A stretch of DNA of 64,000 nt from an uncultured Chitinophaga sp. (GTDB taxonomy: Bacteria; Bacteroidota; Bacteroidia; UBA7662): positions 175,245 to 239,244 of the forward strand of contig CAZNWC010000003.1 in the NCBI GenBank assembly GCA_964577055.1. The letters are read 5' to 3'. Made by a program: the position numbers and the translations under genes. Positions within the stretch are counted from its first letter, which is position 1; every line of letters begins with the position of its first letter. This document shows positions 55,432 through 63,711 of the stretch, in pieces. A model generated the notes under the pieces. That model was not told the origin of the DNA. It worked only from the letters and a program-made list of their open reading frames with translations, and did no database searches.

Positions 55432-57585
55432 TCACACCACCCAGCGCCAAATCAACTTGCCCAAAATGGTGCCGCGTTTGGGGTCGACCGCCCCTGTTTG
55501 CGTATCCCATACCTGGTTCACGATAAAGAAAAAGTCGGTGCCAATGCGGGGTATAAACTGCAGGCGGAAATTCATGTTCACCTCGTTTTGGGCCGAGTTC
55601 CATTGGCCCAGCAGCGAGCCAAAGAGGTTGGGATTGACGGCATAGGTAATGCGCGAACCCACCAAATCGGTATTAAATCGACCATAAGGCAGTTCTACCG
55701 CATTGCGTTCGTAACGCAAACTGATGCCGAAATAGCGGTTGCTGCGCCAAATCAACTCGCTTTGCGATTGAACACTTTGCCCGCTGTAAAACTCCCCCCA
55801 GCTGATGCGGCCGTCGAAGGCCAGTTTGCGGCCCCTGAAGGTAGCAGCCCGGGCGGTGTTTTGCCGCCACCAATACGTGCCGGCCGGAATGGTCACGCCG
55901 GGTGCGATGGTGAAGGGGGCACGTAACCCTTCGGCAACAATTTCGTGGTTGAGGTTAAAGGTTTCGCCACTGCGGGTATCGAAACCCAGGTAGCGGATGG
56001 CGTAATTGAACGACTGGATTTGGCCGTTGTCGTCGTATTGGGTGTTGGTGATTTGGGCGGGACGGAAATCGAACTGGCGGATCCAGCTGAGTTTGCCTTT
56101 GGGGCGCGGCCGGATGCCAATGTCGAAAAACTGCTCGCGGAACGAACGGCGCAACATGAGGCCTACCTCGGGGTCAAATGCGCTTGGGCCACGTTGTGCC
56201 GATGCAAAAAGCGAAAATTTGTCGTTCGGATAGCTCACAAAAAAGCGGTAGGCAGTGGCAGCTGCGTTGAAGCCGTCGTCGGTATTGTAGGTATTAAGCA
56301 AGGCACCGCCTACATCGAGGTTTTTATTGCCCAAAAAGCGCGAAGTGCTGAACCTGCCGTTGATGCCCGTGGTGCTGTGCCAACGGTCGCCAGTGATTTT
56401 GTTGGTGGTCATGGCCCCAATGATGCTCTGCTTGCCCACATCTTGCCGCCAACTGGCGGTGGTGTAGTTGGTGGCCGGATCGGTGCCATTGGCTGCTGTT
56501 TGCAGGGTCATGAGGCCGAGGGTGCGGTTGTCTTCTTTGCCCAACAAACGCGCCCCGGCAATGATGGGCACGGCTTCGCGGTTGGCATCTAACCCAATAC
56601 GGCGGGTGTAAAACGGAATGATGCGGTTGCCACCAAAACCGAAATTGAAAAAGTCGTCGCCTTCGAGGAAAAACTCGCGCAATTCGGGGAAAAAGAGCGG
56701 GAAACGCGTGATGTTCACCTGCTGCTGATCGGCTTCTACCTGCGCAAAATCGGTATTGAAGGTGAGGTTGAGGCGGTAGGTAGGCGAGAGGAGGTAGTTG
56801 ATGTCGCCGCCGAGGTTACCGGTCGGGCGCCTTTCGCCGGGCGTGACCTCTCCACCACCGATGGCGTAGGGCTTGATCTCTACAAATTGCTTTTGGCTGA
56901 GGGCAAACAAGCCAGTGAGCTCACCGGCCAGGTTCACTTGCTGGAAATTGTGGTCGCGGCTCCAGCCTTGCCAGCGGGCTTGCTCGCGTTTGCGGCGGAT
57001 GTTGCGCTCGAAATTGATGCCCCAGGTTTGGTTTTCGGCGCCGGGACGGTACTTGAGCGTGTAAAACGGGATCTCAAACTCGGCAAACCAACCTTCGGCG
57101 GTAATGGTGGTTTTGACGTCCCACACCCCGTTCCAAAAGGCATTGCTCGATCCGCCGTTGTTGAACACCTGCAAATCGGCCCGGGCACCCACCGGATTGG
57201 TTACGAACATGAAGCCGTTGCGCTGGTCGCGGTAGGTGTCGAGGATGAGCATGAAATTATCGTCGAGACCGAAGTTAAAATCGCGCCGCAGCTCGCGGGC
57301 AATGAGTTTGTCGGGCTCGCGGTCGTAGCACCATACCGCTACATACAACTTGTCGTCGTCGTACACCACGGCTACTTCGGTGCGTTCGGTGACGGGCTGG
57401 CCGAGTACCAATTCGCGTTGCGTGAAGCTGTTTATTTTGGGGGCGGTTTGCCAAATGGCCTCGTCGAGTTTGCCGTCGATGACCAAACTTTCATGCGTAT
57501 AAACCGCCTGCAATTGGGCTTTTTGTGCCCAGGTGGAGGTGCTCCACAACACCCCTACAATTGCAAACAAAAGTTTATTTTTCAT
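55432..57585 (-). CDS. outer-membrane DUF5916 / CBM9-like domain protein
   Basis: The signal peptide is MKNKLLFAIVGVLWSTSTWAQ. There is an N-terminal CBM9-like region (VIDGKLDEAIWQTAPKINSFTQ...DDKLYVAVWCYD). A long beta-rich C-terminal domain ends aromatic (LIWRWVV). Confidence 0.7.
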   Translation of the reverse strand: MKNKLLFAIVGVLWSTSTWAQKAQLQAVYTHESLVIDGKLDEAIWQTAPKINSFTQRELVLGQPVTERTEVAVVYDDDKLYVAVWCYDREPDKLIARELRRDFNFGLDDNFMLILDTYRDQRNGFMFVTNPVGARADLQVFNNGGSSNAFWNGVWDVKTTITAEGWFAEFEIPFYTLKYRPGAENQTWGINFERNIRRKREQARWQGWSRDHNFQQVNLAGELTGLFALSQKQFVEIKPYAIGGGEVTPGERRPTGNLGGDINYLLSPTYRLNLTFNTDFAQVEADQQQVNITRFPLFFPELREFFLEGDDFFNFGFGGNRIIPFYTRRIGLDANREAVPIIAGARLLGKEDNRTLGLMTLQTAANGTDPATNYTTASWRQDVGKQSIIGAMTTNKITGDRWHSTTGINGRFSTSRFLGNKNLDVGGALLNTYNTDDGFNAAATAYRFFVSYPNDKFSLFASAQRGPSAFDPEVGLMLRRSFREQFFDIGIRPRPKGKLSWIRQFDFRPAQITNTQYDDNGQIQSFNYAIRYLGFDTRSGETFNLNHEIVAEGLRAPFTIAPGVTIPAGTYWWRQNTARAATFRGRKLAFDGRISWGEFYSGQSVQSQSELIWRSNRYFGISLRYERNAVELPYGRFNTDLVGSRITYAVNPNLFGSLLGQWNSAQNEVNMNFRLQFIPRIGTDFFFIVNQVWDTQTGAVDPKRGTILGKLIWRWVV

Positions 57586-57656
57586 GCGGCTGCGAAGATA
57601 CGGCCGTGGGCCAAGTACAGGTAGTTTGCTTGGAGCTACTGTGAAAAAAAAAATAA

Positions 57657-57696
57657 TTAAGCAAAAATGTTGTATATTAGTAGCATAATTGCTTAA
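57657..57696 (+). promoter_or_regulatory. palindromic operator-like site TTAAGCAA-N24-TTGCTTAA overlapping the antitoxin promoter/start
   Basis: A perfect 8-bp inverted repeat flanks an AT-rich -10-like TATATT. It lies directly upstream of the ATG at 57698. Confidence 0.5.
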
Positions 57697-57697
57697 T

Positions 57698-58183
57698 ATG
57701 GCAAAGCGAAATACCGAACAAAAGCCGTTGGTCCAAGAAAAAAGCCACTCCTACTCCATTGCAGAGGCTGATCCCCTTCAAGTGAATGAGCCAGGCGTGG
57801 CCTATGGGTCGTCCTTCAACCGCTTGGCTGCCATTCGCAAGGGCTTGCCCTCGTCGGCCATTGAGCGCATGAGCGAGCGGGCCCGCATGCCGGTGAGGCA
57901 AGTGTTGGGCTATATGCGCATGCCGCAAACCACGTACAACAAAAAACTGCGCGCCAACGAACCCCTCGATGCCCACCACAGCGAACAGTTGTTGGTGCTC
58001 TCCGATCTCATCCAATTGGGCCTCGAGGTATTCAACCAAGAAGCCCCCAAGTTCTTCAGCTGGCTCAATGCGCCCAACCAATCGCTCGGCGGTCTTACCC
58101 CCGAAAGCCTTTTCGATACCCTTACCGGCATGCAAGAAGTGAAAAACTGCCTCATGCGCCTCGAGTACGGAAACATGGCCTGA
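57698..58183 (+). CDS. Xre/MbcA/ParS-type antitoxin (DUF2384 toxin-binding domain)
   Basis: The C-terminal segment ...WLNAPNQSLGGLTPESLFDTLTGMQEVKNCLMRLEYG matches the DUF2384 pattern. It is directly upstream of and abutting a RES-domain gene. The track ORF starts at the upstream TTG 57689. Confidence 0.75.
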   Translation: MAKRNTEQKPLVQEKSHSYSIAEADPLQVNEPGVAYGSSFNRLAAIRKGLPSSAIERMSERARMPVRQVLGYMRMPQTTYNKKLRANEPLDAHHSEQLLVLSDLIQLGLEVFNQEAPKFFSWLNAPNQSLGGLTPESLFDTLTGMQEVKNCLMRLEYGNMA

Positions 58184-58647
58184 TGCGCATTTTCAGAATC
58201 GAACGCGAGAAGTACTTGGCGCAAACCCTGCAAGGCTTGGGCGCTGCACGCGCCTCGGCTTTTCGCTGGAACAGCATGTACACGCCTATGGTGTATGCCA
58301 GTTCGTCGCGGGCACTGGCCCTGCTCGAAGTGGCCGTGCACCTGAACATCAACAGCGAATTGCCCAGCGATCGATTTTACGTAGAAATAGAGGTGCCCGA
58401 CCAACTGTTGATCGAATCCCTTGACCGCCACGAGCTGCCGGCTGGCTGGGATGCACGACCACCACTGATGGTGAGCCAGCAACTGGGCGATGCTTTTGTG
58501 CGCCGGGCCACTGCCGCTGTTTTGCGCGTGCCGAGTTGCATTGTGCCGGCCGAATACAATTTCCTCATCAATCCAGCCCACCCCGATGCCCGGCTGATTA
58601 CCGTGGTGGGCAGCGAGCGGGTAAATTTCGACAAGCGTTTGCTGTGA
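58183..58647 (+). CDS. RES-domain toxin (MbcT/ParT-like NAD+-targeting)
   Basis: The N-terminal segment AFRWNSMYTPMVYASSSRALALLEVAVHL (R...E...) and the C-terminal RVPSCIVPAEYNFLINPAHP (S, N..NP) match the RES signature. The ATG overlaps the antitoxin stop. Confidence 0.8.
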   Translation: MRIFRIEREKYLAQTLQGLGAARASAFRWNSMYTPMVYASSSRALALLEVAVHLNINSELPSDRFYVEIEVPDQLLIESLDRHELPAGWDARPPLMVSQQLGDAFVRRATAAVLRVPSCIVPAEYNFLINPAHPDARLITVVGSERVNFDKRLL

Positions 58648-58708
58648 CCCGTGGCGACAAATCCCTGTGCTTTTTGGCCGAAACATCCTGAAAATGTAGT
58701 TTTAGGCC

Positions 58709-59191
58709 ATGGACCAATCACAAGGCGAACCTTTGGTAGAAGGCACCTTCTTGCTCGAAAAATTTCCGGGCAAGGGGGGATGGACCTTTGCGGCCCTGCC
58801 TGCCGAAGTGGGTCCGGGCAGCGGTCCATTCGGCTGGAGGGAGGTGCGCGGCCGCATCGACCACCTGGCCATTGAACACTACAAACTCATGCCCATGGGC
58901 AACGGCCGTTTGTTTTTGCCCGTGAAGGCCGCCTGGCGGAAAGTGCTCCGCAAAAAAGCAGGCGATTGGGTGCAAGTGGTGCTGTATGCCGACGAGCGCC
59001 CTACCACCATTCCCGAAGAATTTTTGCTTTGTTTGGCCGATGAGCCCGCTGCCCTGCGGCAGTTCGAAGCCTTGCCCGACAGCCGTAAGCAGGCCTTGGT
59101 TGCCGAAATCTACAGCCTTAAATCGGAGGATTTGCGGGTAGAGAAAATGGCGCGGGTGATCCAACAACTCGCAATCAACCCCCACATTTGA
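58709..59191 (+). CDS. YdeI/OmpD-associated family protein (DUF1905 + YdeI C-domain)
   Basis: The N-terminal DUF1905-like segment GGWTFAALPAEV...GWREVRGRIDHLAIEHYKLMPMGNGRLFLPVKAAWRK is present. The C-terminal segment EEFLLCLADEPAALRQFEALPDSRKQALVAEIYSLKSED is present. Confidence 0.7.
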   Translation: MDQSQGEPLVEGTFLLEKFPGKGGWTFAALPAEVGPGSGPFGWREVRGRIDHLAIEHYKLMPMGNGRLFLPVKAAWRKVLRKKAGDWVQVVLYADERPTTIPEEFLLCLADEPAALRQFEALPDSRKQALVAEIYSLKSEDLRVEKMARVIQQLAINPHI

Positions 59192-59208
59192 AATAAAGAC
59201 ATTCAAAC

Positions 59209-59646
59209 ATGCAAAACCCTGCATTGACTTTCCTCAGCAGCCAAATTGGCAAGGACGCTCAAAAATCACCTTCGCCGCTCATGCGCTGGCTCAATCCAAC
59301 ACTGCTTACTGTGGCTGAAGGCGCGCTGAGCATGCGTTTTGAAGTGCGGCCCGAATGGCTCAACCCCATGCAGCAGCTCCACGGGGGCATTGTGGCCGCC
59401 ATCATGGACGATGCCATTGGTGCCACCGTTTTTTCGTTGGGCGAAACCCACTTTTTTGCCACGGTGAGCAATCAAATCGATTATTTCGGCAGGGCAGGTC
59501 TGGGTGAAACCATTGAGGCCCGCGCCGAAATCGTAAAGCGTGGCCGCCAGCTCATCCATGCCCAATGCACATTGTGGAATGCCGATGGCAGCCGCATGCT
59601 GGCCAAGGGCAGCTCCAATTTGCTCAAAACCGAGCTGCAGAAATGA
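59209..59646 (+). CDS. PaaI-family hotdog-fold thioesterase
   Basis: NPMQQLHGGIVAAIMDDAIGATVF is the PaaI signature. The protein is 145 aa. Confidence 0.8.
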   Translation: MQNPALTFLSSQIGKDAQKSPSPLMRWLNPTLLTVAEGALSMRFEVRPEWLNPMQQLHGGIVAAIMDDAIGATVFSLGETHFFATVSNQIDYFGRAGLGETIEARAEIVKRGRQLIHAQCTLWNADGSRMLAKGSSNLLKTELQK

Positions 59647-59713
59647 AACGCATCAGTGGAGATGATGCAGTGTCATGCGCAAACAACCATGCAGCACCTG
59701 ACTTAGCAGAAAG

Positions 59714-60637
59714 TTAATCGGTTGGTAAAAAGCCAATATTCCGCTTCAAACCTTCGTAGCCCGTACGTTTGACGGCGCTTTTGCGGAAAATGTCGTTGAA
59801 TACTTCTTTGGTGAGTTCACGCCATTGCCCGGCATCCATTTCTGAGAGGAGGGGATGCGCGTTAAAACGCGGCTCGTTGTGGGGCTGACTGAAGCGGTTC
59901 CAGGGACAAACCTCCTGGCAGATGTCGCAGCCGAACATCCAGTTGTCGAAACGGCCTTGCATTTCGGTGGGAATGGTATCCTTGAGCTCGATGGTGAAAT
60001 AGCTGATGCAGCGGCTGCCGTCGACTTCGTAGGGGGTGATGGCATCGGTGGGACAAGCATCGATACAGCGGGTGCAAGTGCCGCAGTAGTCCTTGATGGG
60101 GCCGTCGGGTGCCAATTCGAGGTCGATGATGAGTTCGGCCAGGAAAAAGTAGCTGCCCATGCTTTTGGTGATGAGGTTGGTGTGTTTGCCCACCCAGCCC
60201 GTGCCGCTGCGGGCCGCCCAGGCCTTTTCGAGCACAGGGGCAGAATCAACAAAAACGCGGCCGTCGATGTCGCCAATTTCCTCGCGCAATACCTCCAGCA
60301 GTTCGCGTAGTTTGTCGCGCACCACAAAATGGTAGTCCTCGCCATAGGCGTAGATCGATATTTTGGGTGCATCGGCTGGTTGTTGGGCGGGCTGGTGGTA
60401 GTTGTACAACAGGCTTACCACCGAGCGGGCTCCGGGCACCAGCAAGCGCGGGTCGAGGCGCTTGTCGAAATGATTTTCCATATAGCCCATTTGCCCGTGC
60501 TGGCCATTTTTCAGCCAGTTTTCGAGCCGGGGTGCCTGGTCTTCGAGGAAGTCGGCCGCACTGATGCCGCAAAACTGGAAACCCAGTCGGGCAGCATGCT
60601 GTTTCACCAGCCGGCTATGGACTTCCGTGGGCTTCAT
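59714..60637 (-). CDS. queG: tRNA epoxyqueuosine reductase
   Basis: Two 4Fe-4S motifs are present ([27 protein letters not shown]). HEAT-like C-terminal repeats are present. The protein is 307 aa. Confidence 0.9.
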   Translation of the reverse strand: MKPTEVHSRLVKQHAARLGFQFCGISAADFLEDQAPRLENWLKNGQHGQMGYMENHFDKRLDPRLLVPGARSVVSLLYNYHQPAQQPADAPKISIYAYGEDYHFVVRDKLRELLEVLREEIGDIDGRVFVDSAPVLEKAWAARSGTGWVGKHTNLITKSMGSYFFLAELIIDLELAPDGPIKDYCGTCTRCIDACPTDAITPYEVDGSRCISYFTIELKDTIPTEMQGRFDNWMFGCDICQEVCPWNRFSQPHNEPRFNAHPLLSEMDAGQWRELTKEVFNDIFRKSAVKRTGYEGLKRNIGFLPTD

Positions 60638-60963
60638 CCTTCGAGGTGGGGACCGTTGAACCGCAGGCGCAGGCGATCAACCGGTTGGTTGTGGATGAGG
60701 TGCGATTCAATGATTTCGTTCACATCTTCCAATTGTACATTGCCGTACCAAATGGCTTCGGGGTATACCACCAGCGAGGGACCAAAGGCGCAGGCATCTA
60801 AACAGGCGGTTTGTTGGGCGCGCAGGGTGATATTGAGTCCGCGCTCCTTGATGCCAGCCTTAAAAGCAGCCACAAGGGCATTGCCATGTTCGTGTCCACA
60901 GCTTTTTTTGGCCGGATCGGGCCGCTGGTTGTTGCAGATGAAGACGTGTTTTTGATATTTCAT
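60634..60963 (-). CDS. thioredoxin-like [2Fe-2S] ferredoxin
   Basis: A conserved Cys pattern is present (HVFICNNQR...SCGHEHG...[10 protein letters not shown]). The protein is 109 aa. The stop overlaps the queG ATG in an ATGA. Confidence 0.75.
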   Translation of the reverse strand: MKYQKHVFICNNQRPDPAKKSCGHEHGNALVAAFKAGIKERGLNITLRAQQTACLDACAFGPSLVVYPEAIWYGNVQLEDVNEIIESHLIHNQPVDRLRLRFNGPHLEG

Positions 60964-61249
60964 ATTGCAAAGCTAATGCGTAAATCATGAGGGTGGGCAA
61001 TAGGGGCAGGGTGGTAGAAGTAAAAATGAAAAGTTAAAAGTTAAATAGGGTGCTGCAGGAGAACTGGGGTTCCCGCAGCACGCGCAGATCTTCGCAGAAA
61101 TGGACTGCTCAGAACAGCGCAGGCGTTCCTACAAAAGAATTTCTGCGTTCATCTGCGCTTTCTACGGTAAAAATGACAGCCGTAAGGCTGCCCTCCCCTC
61201 ACGGTTACTCGATTTTTTTCAAACCGATTTGCATTTTTCAAAATCATGC

Positions 61250-61257
61250 TATATTTG
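61250..61257 (+). promoter_or_regulatory. Bacteroidetes -7 promoter element TATATTTG for the SPFH operon
   Basis: It is a perfect TAnnTTTG. There is a TTG ~21 nt upstream. The start codon lies 22 nt downstream. Confidence 0.5.
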
Positions 61258-61285
61258 TGATATCAAAATGATATCTCAATGATAC
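61257..61285 (+). promoter_or_regulatory. three direct repeats TGATATC/TGATATC/TGATACA at 11-bp spacing spanning TSS to start codon
   Basis: TGATATCaaaaTGATATCtcaaTGATACA is present. The helical-turn phasing is typical of ribbon-helix-helix repressor operators. An RHH gene lies in the operon. Confidence 0.45.
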
Positions 61286-62151
61286 ACGAAAAAACCCTCC
61301 GTACCGGTTCTGGCTACATCCATTTGGCTGTGAACCTCTTTCTCGTTGCTGCTACCGTATTTTTTGGTTGGCTGCAGGCCCAACAAGGCGGCTTCTTTTG
61401 GCTACCCGCTGTGCTCGCTGGCTTGGGCTGGATCATTCACCTGCCCGGTTTCTTCATCGTCGACCCCAACGAAAGCATGGTGCTCATTCTTTTTGGTACC
61501 TACCATGGCACGGTGAAAGAATTTGGCTTTTTCTGGGCCAATCCCTTTTTCACCAAAAAGAAAGTGAGCCTGCGCGCCATGAACCTCAACAGCGAAAAGT
61601 TGAAGGTGAACGACATGATGGGCAATCCGATTGAAATTGCGGCCGTGCTGGTTTGGCAAGTGGCCGATACTGCCAAGGCTGTGTTTGCGGTCGACAATTA
61701 TGTGCGCTATGTCGAAATCCAGAGCGAAGCCGCAGTGCGCACCCTGGCCAGCACCTATCCGTACGACGAGTTTGAGCTCGAAAATGCCGAAATCACCCTC
61801 CGTGGCAATGCACCACTGGTGAACGAAGAACTCGAAAAACAACTCACCCAGCGACTCGAAATGGCCGGAGTAACGGTCATCGAAGCACGCATCAGCCACC
61901 TGGCTTATGCGCCCGAAATCGCCGGGGCCATGTTGCAACGCCAGCAAGCCGCAGCCGTGGTAGCCGCCCGCCACAAAATTGTGGAAGGTGCCGTGGGCAT
62001 GGTAGAAATGGCCCTTGAGCAGCTGAGTCAAAAGCAGGTGGTGGAGCTCGACGAAGAGCGCAAAGCCGCCATGGTGAGCAATTTGTTGGTGGTGCTGTGC
62101 TCCGACCGCGCAGCCAGTCCCGTGGTAAACGCCGGAACCCTGCACCATTGA
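61279..62151 (+). CDS. SPFH/band-7 (stomatin/prohibitin-like) membrane protein
   Basis: N-terminal TM helices are followed by an SPFH core ([27 protein letters not shown]...[21 protein letters not shown]). There is a C-terminal coiled coil. Confidence 0.85.
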   Translation: MIHEKTLRTGSGYIHLAVNLFLVAATVFFGWLQAQQGGFFWLPAVLAGLGWIIHLPGFFIVDPNESMVLILFGTYHGTVKEFGFFWANPFFTKKKVSLRAMNLNSEKLKVNDMMGNPIEIAAVLVWQVADTAKAVFAVDNYVRYVEIQSEAAVRTLASTYPYDEFELENAEITLRGNAPLVNEELEKQLTQRLEMAGVTVIEARISHLAYAPEIAGAMLQRQQAAAVVAARHKIVEGAVGMVEMALEQLSQKQVVELDEERKAAMVSNLLVVLCSDRAASPVVNAGTLHH

Positions 62152-62152
62152 G

Positions 62153-62338
62153 ATGAGTGGCAATAAAAAGGCGTTTGCGCTGCGGTTGAGTCCCGAACTC
62201 ATGGAAGCCCTCGAAAAGTGGGCGGCCGATGAGTTTCGGTCGGTGAACGGACAAATAGAATTCCTGCTCACCCAGTCGGTGCGTGCGCGCAACAAAAACA
62301 AGTCAAAATCAAAACAAGATGGCGAAAGCGACCTTTGA
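62153..62338 (+). CDS. Arc/MetJ-type ribbon-helix-helix DNA-binding protein
   Basis: The 61-aa protein begins [33 protein letters not shown], which is a beta-strand followed by two helices as in the Arc family. It starts 2 nt after the SPFH stop. Confidence 0.6.
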   Translation: MSGNKKAFALRLSPELMEALEKWAADEFRSVNGQIEFLLTQSVRARNKNKSKSKQDGESDL

Positions 62339-62798
62339 AGAAAGCCAGCGTTTTTCGCGTTGGTGGTTGGGGCTCATGGTAGGTGGCATGGTGGCAGGCA
62401 TGGCGGCGGCATCGAGCGATCCCGATCCGAACAAATATTGGGGCATGGCCTTGGTGTTTGTGGTTTCAGGTGGGGTGAGCTTGCTCATTGCCCGGGTGCG
62501 CCTGCTTACCTGCATCGATGGCTACGGCATCCATTACCGATTTACCGGTTTTATGGGTTGGAAACAAATTGCCTGGGCCGAAATTGACAAGGCCGAACTG
62601 CATACATACAACGCCATCACCGAATATGGGGGTTGGGGTTACCGCCGCAGGTGGTTCAAAAGTGGCCTTGCCTTGACGGTAGGTGGCGACCGCGGCATCC
62701 AACTGCAGCTCCTGAATGGAAAAAGAATATTGCTGGGCACCCACCAGCCTGAGGAAGCTGCGGCTGCCCTCGCGCGATTGGGCGGGAGGAAGGCATGA
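62319..62798 (+). CDS. membrane protein with bacterial PH-like (bPH) domain
   Basis: Two TM helices are present ([17 protein letters not shown]; [18 protein letters not shown]). A beta-rich PH-like region follows (IHYRF...[16 protein letters not shown]). The start ATG is internal to the track ORF. Confidence 0.5.
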   Translation: MAKATFEESQRFSRWWLGLMVGGMVAGMAAASSDPDPNKYWGMALVFVVSGGVSLLIARVRLLTCIDGYGIHYRFTGFMGWKQIAWAEIDKAELHTYNAITEYGGWGYRRRWFKSGLALTVGGDRGIQLQLLNGKRILLGTHQPEEAAAALARLGGRKA

Positions 62799-63556
62799 AG
62801 GAGGCTTTGGTAGTAGGGGCAGGCTGGCTGGGCTTGCCCTTGGCTTTGGCCTTAGCAGAGGCAGGCTGGGAGGTAACGGCCACTACGAGGACCCGTACTG
62901 CCGATTGGCCAACCTCCCTCAAACACTTGCCGCTCGAGTTGGATGGCGACTTGCCCGATGTATCGGCCTTTGCGCAGGTGGTTTTGGCTTTTCCGCCCCA
63001 GGCCAATCTGGGTGCTGAGGTGTATGCCCGACGCATCGAGCGGCTCTGCAAGGTATTATCGCCCCGGGCCCAGCTGGTGCTCATCAGCAGCACGGGTGTG
63101 TATCCCGATGCGCCCGGCGAGTACGACGAAACGGCTGCCGTCAAACCCGACCACCCGGTGGTGTTGGGCGAGCAGGTCTTGCTGCGGCATTTTCCTCAGG
63201 CCTTGGTACTACGAGCGGCCGGTTTGGCGGGTTACGACCGCCGCATAGGCAAATACTTTAGTGGTAGGGTGTTGCCCGATCCCCAACAAGTGGTCAACCT
63301 CGTGCACCGCGACGATGTGGTGGGCGCGGCCTTGCATTTGCTGGGGAAGCAAGCTGCAGGGGTTTTTAACGTAGTGGCGCCTGAGCATCCCACCAAGGCG
63401 GAGGTGTATGGTAGAGATTTGGAGGAATTGGAGATGCCTCCCTTCATCTCGCCCGAAAACACGCCAGCTTCGGCAGCGCGGGTGGTACTGAGTGATGCGC
63501 TGCAAGCTTCAGGATATGCCTTTGTATATCCGAATCCGTTGCGGTTTGGTGGATAG
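62795..63556 (+). CDS. NAD(P)-dependent epimerase/SDR-family oxidoreductase
   Basis: The Rossmann motif VVGAGWLGLPLALALAEAGWEV is present. The protein is 253 aa. The ATGA overlaps the upstream stop. Confidence 0.7.
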   Translation: MKEALVVGAGWLGLPLALALAEAGWEVTATTRTRTADWPTSLKHLPLELDGDLPDVSAFAQVVLAFPPQANLGAEVYARRIERLCKVLSPRAQLVLISSTGVYPDAPGEYDETAAVKPDHPVVLGEQVLLRHFPQALVLRAAGLAGYDRRIGKYFSGRVLPDPQQVVNLVHRDDVVGAALHLLGKQAAGVFNVVAPEHPTKAEVYGRDLEELEMPPFISPENTPASAARVVLSDALQASGYAFVYPNPLRFGG

Positions 63557-63711
63557 CAGCGGTCGGCGATCGGCAGTCAGCGGTCTGCCAAAAGCCAAAA
63601 GCTGAACGCCAAAAGCCGATAGCCGAACGCCAAACACCTGCTGCATCAATTAGCAAAATAATTTTGGTGTTGAATGTCTGAATTTTCCGATATTCGTATT
63701 AAACACCCGCC

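Noticed and set aside
55239-55526. 95-aa Pro-rich ORF (MAPFGSAQGTQGPVVSPAPRYAQLPTP...) in the C-rich spacer
   Set aside because: Its composition is driven by the C-rich strand and the direct repeat. It overlaps the 3' end of the DUF5916 gene on the opposite strand. It is unlikely to be a real gene.
63444-63656. 70-aa minus-strand ORF with WRSAIGFWRSAFGFW repeats
   Set aside because: It is an artefact of translating the GCCAAAAGC tandem repeat upstream of uspA.
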